Shown piece by piece: positions 57,760-64,000 of a stretch of 64,000 nt of DNA. The translations under genes and the position numbers were made by a program. How positions within the stretch are numbered: the stretch's first letter is position 1; every line of letters starts with the position of its first letter. Origin of the DNA: the human T2T-CHM13v2.0 reference genome, Homo sapiens. The notes under the pieces were generated by a model, which saw only the letters and a program-made list of their open reading frames with translations, searched no databases and was not told the origin of the DNA. The stretch lies in the NCBI RefSeq assembly GCF_009914755.1, contig NC_060931.1; one strand, given 5' to 3'.

Positions 57760-59270
57760 GTACATATTTTAAAACATTACTTAATGTTAAAAGACAAATG
57801 TCAAAAATAGTAATGTCCTTTCCCCAAATTCCCTACCACCAGTCTTACTTCCTGGAGTAAACACTTTCTGATACAATTTTCAGAGCATTTGTTTATATCC
57901 TGTTATGAGTGATTTAGCACTTTTGAATCTTCTACTCTACCCTATAGTCCAAACCTCTTAACCTACTCATCTTAGCAATATTGAAATTGTTGGATGATTA
58001 CGTTATCATTTATGTAATATATTAGGATTAGGTTTCTATTGTAAAAGTTTCTCTGAAATTGTTACTCATTTGGGTTATCTATGTCTCCTTGGGTATTTTT
58101 TAAATATGCTCCAGCATGTCTGTCAAGGCACAATCATCGTTCTAAATGCCCAGGCATATCAGGTACCTTTTTCCCCATTGGATGCCACTTTCATAGCCCC
58201 TGATCTTTCTATTCTAACTTTGACTGTACAGCTGTTAATACTGCGAATTAACTTCACGACTCACCTTTGGGAATCTCTTGTTTCACGGATGCCATTCCTT
58301 TTTTTAAGTTTCTTCCTCGGCACAGTCCCCAGTATTTCCCCAAAAAAAAGGAGTTACAAGAGACATACTGTTTTGTGATTCCTTGCATGTTTAAAAATGT
58401 CATATTGCATTTTCTCACTGAGTGAATTTGGCCAAGTATAGATATCTCTCTATTCACCTTTGGGGAATGGTCTCCCTCCTCAGAGGCCATCAAGAAAAGT
58501 GGGCTACAGAGCAACACAGTCCTAATTCAACTGATGAATACACGCAAAGGCATGAACCTCAAAGCCACTCAGCATAAAACCTATCCTTGCAGGGATACAG
58601 ATAAGTAGCACAGAAAGAGCAATGTGACCCTGCTAACTCTGGGAAACATAAGCACACCAGCCTCCACGTCAGTGAGAGGGAGAAGAGGTTTACACTTCTC
58701 AAAAGTGTCCAAATGCACAGGCTGAAATTTATGTATACAAATATGCTTTTTATTTCAGCTTTGACCTCACTTAATTTTCCATCCAATATCTCACTCAGGG
58801 CATTCCACAAGATCTGTTTACTTCTCCCTCCAAATCAGCCTGCTTTCTATATAAATGTCATTAAATATGCTGAGTTAGCTGGATTTTAGGCTATAGTTTT
58901 CCTGCCTCAGTAGTCATTTCTTATTGCATTATATATCTCTTTATAATCTTTACAAAAACAGAAGATCCCTTCCATAATGCCTTTTAGTCAACGGTAGGCA
59001 TTAAATGGAATCCATCTGTTCTTTTTCTACTCTGTTCTTTGGGTTCAATTTTTTATGCAAACTATGTTTTTTTTCTCCATATTGATAGTGTACTTCTAAA
59101 ATACTATTTTAAGTTGAATTTGTTTATTATATTTTATTGTCAATTTTACTTATCAGTTTACTTTTCAAGGTTGAAAATTAAATGCCTTCAGGGATTTGAA
59201 GTCGTTACTCTACTGTCTTCTAAGACCCCGTATTGTTGTTAAGTCTGAGAGCGTTCTGATGCCGTTAGAA
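57760..59270 (-). mobile_element. Patchy HAL1/L1ME remnants
   Basis: ccttgcatgtttaaaaatgtc...tttggccaagtataga; ttgttgttaagtctgagagc resemble antisense ORF1; 58450-58870 is unassigned. Confidence 0.4.
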
Positions 59271-59959
59271 TGTTTTCTCACTGTTATCAGGGTAGTCTTC
59301 ATCACAGAGTAGGCAGATTGTAAACTAAACTTTCTCTGAGTGTATCCAGAAACTTCAGGGCAAAGGGGTGCAATATGCTATTCAGAAACAGGAATATCTT
59401 TGCAAGAAGGTCTGGAGTCTCAATTACTTCCCACATTTTTGCAGTCTCAAAGTTAAAATTTTATAAGCGTATTAGGAAATAAAATTTATAAACCAAACAC
59501 ACAAAAACAAAGGTGGTTACAAAAAAATCTGTTTAGTAAAGGATCCATAATATACTAGAAATTAAGTAAAAATATGTAATTACTTAGCACATATCAATGT
59601 ATTATTTATCTTTAATACATAAAATATCAAAAATTCCATTTAAATGGCAATAAATATGGTATCAATTTCTGCTTATTAGCCTGTTTTCCTGTTTCATTGT
59701 AATTGGCTCTGCCTATTTTTGTTTCATAAATCTACCTGAAAGATATCTATGAACCTAAGACTAAGTAACTGAGGAAAGGGGAAACTTATCAAATAGAAAC
59801 TACACATAAATATACAATAAGAAGAAACTGCCAAATTAAAAAGAAGACAGAAATACATGTCCAAAATATTGTCTATATTGGCCATCTGCACAATCTTAAC
59901 TCACAAGTTAATTTTCACCATTTAACTTCATTTTTACACATCTTTTTACTGAGTAATAG

Positions 59960-60066
59960 TGAGAGTAAGAGAAATTTCCAAGTTCCTGTCCTTTCTGATC
60001 CATTGATTTGTTCTATGACCTTCTGTCTTGACACTGTTAGACCTCAAGTTCACAATCTATAAAACC
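59960..60066 (+). mobile_element. MIR-like core
   Basis: gttcctgtcctttctgatccattgatttgttctatgacctt...cctcaagttcacaatctataaaa. Confidence 0.45.
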
Positions 60067-63000
60067 ATTCCTGTTAGATTTACTTTGGACCCAGTACTCT
60101 AGTCTCTGGAATACTTTAGGAGGATAAAAAGGGATGACACATCCATCCCACATCTTTATAATAGGCAGTTCAAAATAATTCAGGTTTTCTATGTCACCCT
60201 ATAATCTGGATGTTTTTTCATGCATTATACTTTTAATTACTTTTAATTTTATATAAGTTTAAAAGTTTGCATTATTGATGATTTTTAGAAATTATCTTCA
60301 ATAAAAATGAAATAATTTAAAGTGCAGCTGGAAAACTACAGAAAATATCATAGGATACATGACGATAAAATTATATTTGTACAATAAACATTTTTAATTT
60401 TTTGTCCTTGCAGGGAGGCAAAATGTTCTCTTCTAATGGCACTGAAGAAACAGATAATATCTAGAATTCTCACCGCAAAATATAATCTTCACAGACCCCT
60501 TATATAGGTTTAATATGCTATTCTCCTCTTTGTAGATATGAGCATTTTCAGTTCTCTGATGTATGTGTTACTAAGTAGAGAAAGTGAAAAGAAAGGTTAA
60601 CCATAATGAAGACTGAGATTTTGCTCAAAAATACCCATCAAAGAAAACATTTTATGTAAATTTGGTGAAAAATATGTCCAACTATACTCATGTGCTCTCA
60701 TCTCAACTTCATTAATCTTTATGCCTTTAGAAGGCCTTTGCAAGCATCATAATAAAGATTCCTAGAATCATCTCCAAACCTTCTTTGTTCTTTATTTGTG
60801 CTTCTTAAGTACTAAATACTATCACATCAATATCGTAATATCATGAGATTTTTAAAATTATTGGATTCCTAAATTTAGAATTATTAGTAATGAGATCAGT
60901 CCAATTGATTATTTAAAACAGCCATTTTAGATCATCATAATGAAAAAGTTGCTTTATTTTTATTAAAACTGGCAACCTCACCAGTTTTAATTAATTAATA
61001 TTTTAATTATCAATATTTATTTTATTGAATTTAAATATATATATAACTGTGCAGAAATATTATTAAATTAAGAAGGCAAAGTATAAACACACATGCCCCC
61101 AGTTTAACAACCACTTTAAGGGTCCTTGTGAGAAAGTCTTCCTCACTAGCCATAGAAGTAGGATTAAGACAGGCTGAACTCATATTTTCTTACCCCACTG
61201 CTAAGTATCTGAAAGTCTATTCTCCTTCCCTAGAAGGTAACTGATCATACCTCACATTTCTTCTTCAAACATTTATGGGCCATTTATTAAACCCAGGAAA
61301 TTTCAGCAGAGGGACTCAAAAGTCAAAAGGTGTTTTATTAATGTTAAATATATTATGTGTGGTTTAGAAAGTATAAACTGCATTTCAAAAAATAGATACT
61401 GGCTAGAATATTAAATCTATATTAATTTTACAATTAATATATAATGTATAGAATATATTTATATGCAGTACATTTGTACTAATACAACCGAATTAATATA
61501 ACATAAGACTTTGGAATGCAATTGAATCCAATAATTGAAATACAACTCATACAATAGTATATATCATTAATACAATATATTTAGAGGAAAGAATTTGAAG
61601 AACAAAACTTTCCATTGGTAACTACCTTAGTTTTATGTCTAGGTTTAAAGACCTAAAATTATTTTCCTAAAATATTACTCTGAAAGTATCTAATTATAAT
61701 TTTGTAACCTAAGCAATAAAATACAAGTATAAAATCATATTTTATTTAAAGATGACTCAAAATTGTTTGACTTCTAAATATGCAGGCACAGTACCTCCAG
61801 AATCAATATGTGTTGTTTGTTTAAAAGGGTATGAAAAGAAGCAACTCTTTTTTTTCTTTAAACTGTAGATGCATTAGATTGTTTGGTATTTCTCCAAATG
61901 TCTTACTTTTTTCCCCCTTAAGGATATTCTGCAAAGGTCATCTCTTATTTTAAATGAGAGTTAAAATATTTAGGTACAACTATTACATTATATTTTATAT
62001 TATTTTGCTTTACTTGTATGAGAAAATAGCTGTGAACAATGTAAAACATCATGATTTATTGGTCCAAGGGTCATAGATTTGGATTAAATGGTCGGGAACA
62101 TCTATCAGTTAAGTTAGGTGACTCACAGATCAATTATTGATTTATCTTTATATACAGTATTTTGATGTTTGAAGAATAAGAGCGAAAAGGAAATTGTTCT
62201 TGGTAAATGAAATTCCAATTTCAATTGTATAATTCAGGGCTAAACTATCACTTTCCCTTATTTTACTAAGCAATTAAAGTAAGATACTTATTTTAAATGT
62301 GTTTGATGTCTGCCCTTTTGTCCTACATAAAATAACATCCTCAATGCTGCCTACATGGTTTTATCATCTTAATTGTTAAAAGCCCCAGGAAAGATTCTAC
62401 CCATCTATCACATCTATATTGTACTTCTTCCATTCTGCCCTTTAAAGTACCCTCACCACATTTTGGACACTTCTGGTGGAGGCAGCAGTACAGTGCCTTT
62501 CTAGGAACCTCTGTATGAAAAATTTGGTTTGCTGTTTGGGTTCTAATATTCTTGTGTATTGTCCCCCTGGTGTATCTCAAACAGTGTAAGAAAAAAGATA
62601 TTGTACAGGACATATGCATACTGCTACTGTACAACATTAAAGTAACAGAAGGCCAGGCAGGCTCCAGTTTTATATGACGTCTGGCTAGCAATCAGTATGA
62701 CGTCTGGCCAACAATCAGGTTTTTGGTAGTGACAGAAGTCTTCATTAGTTCCAGATTGCAATTCTTATGTTAATTGTATGAGATGTCAATCCTGCTGAAA
62801 ATTTGGCAATAGTTTCAAATTTTATCTTTAATTCTGAGTGTTTTGACTTTTACTAAATATTCATAAAAGCCTTAGAGAGAAAATGGTGTTTTAGAAGCAA
62901 AATCTTGCTATGGTCAACTAGCTATTAAAAGGGAAATATAATTCTCTTTCCTTATTGTCTGCCACAAACACCAAGATTCAAGTTTATATCAATATAAAAT

Positions 63001-63134
63001 TGGGTAATGATATTTTATCTGGACTAGTATTGAAATATACAGTTACATGTTGGCAAGTAGATAAAAATATCCTTTCCTTTGAAAATGTATACACATACAT
63101 GTCCACACATAATATTCTATTTTATTTGCACAAC

Positions 63135-63635
63135 ATCTGAAATCCACATTGGAGATAGTAAAAAACAGAAGTTTTACTTGAATCCGTAGACATTTTAATC
63201 AATGACATGAAGAAAAATTTCTGGATTTCTCCATCATAAAGAAGATAAACAAGATTAAATAAAATAAAATGATGCAAGAGAGGATAGATATGACAAAAAT
63301 CTTTTAAGTAAATAATTACAGATATTTCTTAGGAGCTTGATGATTAAAACATAAACAAAAGCAAATTATAATCAATAAATTTTTCTAAAAATATTAAAAG
63401 AGGAAAATATAAAGGGAAAAATAAAATCTGTGAAAGTGGTTTGAAGAAACTTACTGTGCTTAGGAAGAAGAATAATATGAATATGATGGAAGAAAATGAA
63501 TATGAATAGATACCAGCAAACACTTTGAACTACAAAGATTTTTTTTTTTTTTAAATGCTCAGGACTTATTGGCAAGGAAAAGAATCGGGTTATTTACAAA
63601 GGGAAAAATTCATGACAGCCTCCGATGTCTATAAG
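63135..63635 (+). mobile_element. HAL1/L1ME ORF1-like fragment
   Basis: aatcaatgacatgaagaaaa; ggttatttacaaagggaaaaattcatgacagcctccgatgtct. Confidence 0.45.
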
Positions 63636-64000
63636 AAAGTAAACATAAAACAGTATTACAGATATAAAACACTAATTTTAATCACATCATATAACATTTA
63701 ATGTTAAATTGAGCATTTAATATTATTGGATAACAATTTAATTATATGTAAAATTTAATATTAAACATATTGACTTGGTTAGAAAATATATACAAAAGAT
63801 GCCATTAATATATATGTAACAGAAATTTATAATAAATGGATGGGAAGATATATTTAAGCAAATGCAAATAGAAAATATATACAGTAATTTTAAATTTGCA
63901 GTTAAAGCAAAATATTTAAGCAATTTTGAAGATGAGCTCTTTTGAATGCATAAATCATGGTTATATAAAACCAAAGAAACTACTCAGCATTTGATAAATA

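Noticed and set aside
60390-60510. Strong plus-strand splice acceptor tttttgtccttgcag at 60413
   Set aside because: No consensus donor follows (only tag|gtttaa) and the frames close quickly. An isolated acceptor is not enough evidence.
62341-62691. 116-aa minus-strand ORF with CPKC and other cysteines suggesting a zinc ribbon
   Set aside because: Non-ATG start, cysteine spacing does not fit a known finger, no exon structure.

Overview
This is AT-rich, CpG-poor simian primate (human-like) intergenic or deep-intronic DNA, not microbial sequence. Well over half of it is recognisable transposable-element debris. It holds eleven Alus (J and S subfamilies), many L1 pieces (L1PA8-like to L1MC/ME and HAL1-like), L2, MIR, a full-length Tigger1 and two MADE1 copies. 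It also holds MaLR LTRs and proviruses (MLT1A/C/H, MSTA/B, THE1D), ERV1/ERVK/ERVL solo LTRs, and a decayed ERVL provirus with gag, RT, integrase and dUTPase remnants. I can support no intact protein-coding gene, RNA gene, CRISPR array or CpG island. The listed ORFs are repeat-derived or chance ORFs. I found no evidence for a new biological system. The most notable structures are: (i) deep TE nesting that gives relative insertion order; (ii) twin-priming 5' inversions in L1s of very different ages; (iii) a ~340 bp nested fold-back insertion and several smaller templated inverted/direct insertions that look like repair scars; (iv) a few weak candidate exons and CRE-type motif clusters. Subfamily names are from memory of the consensus sequences and need RepeatMasker/Dfam confirmation. 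Coordinates of old elements are approximate.
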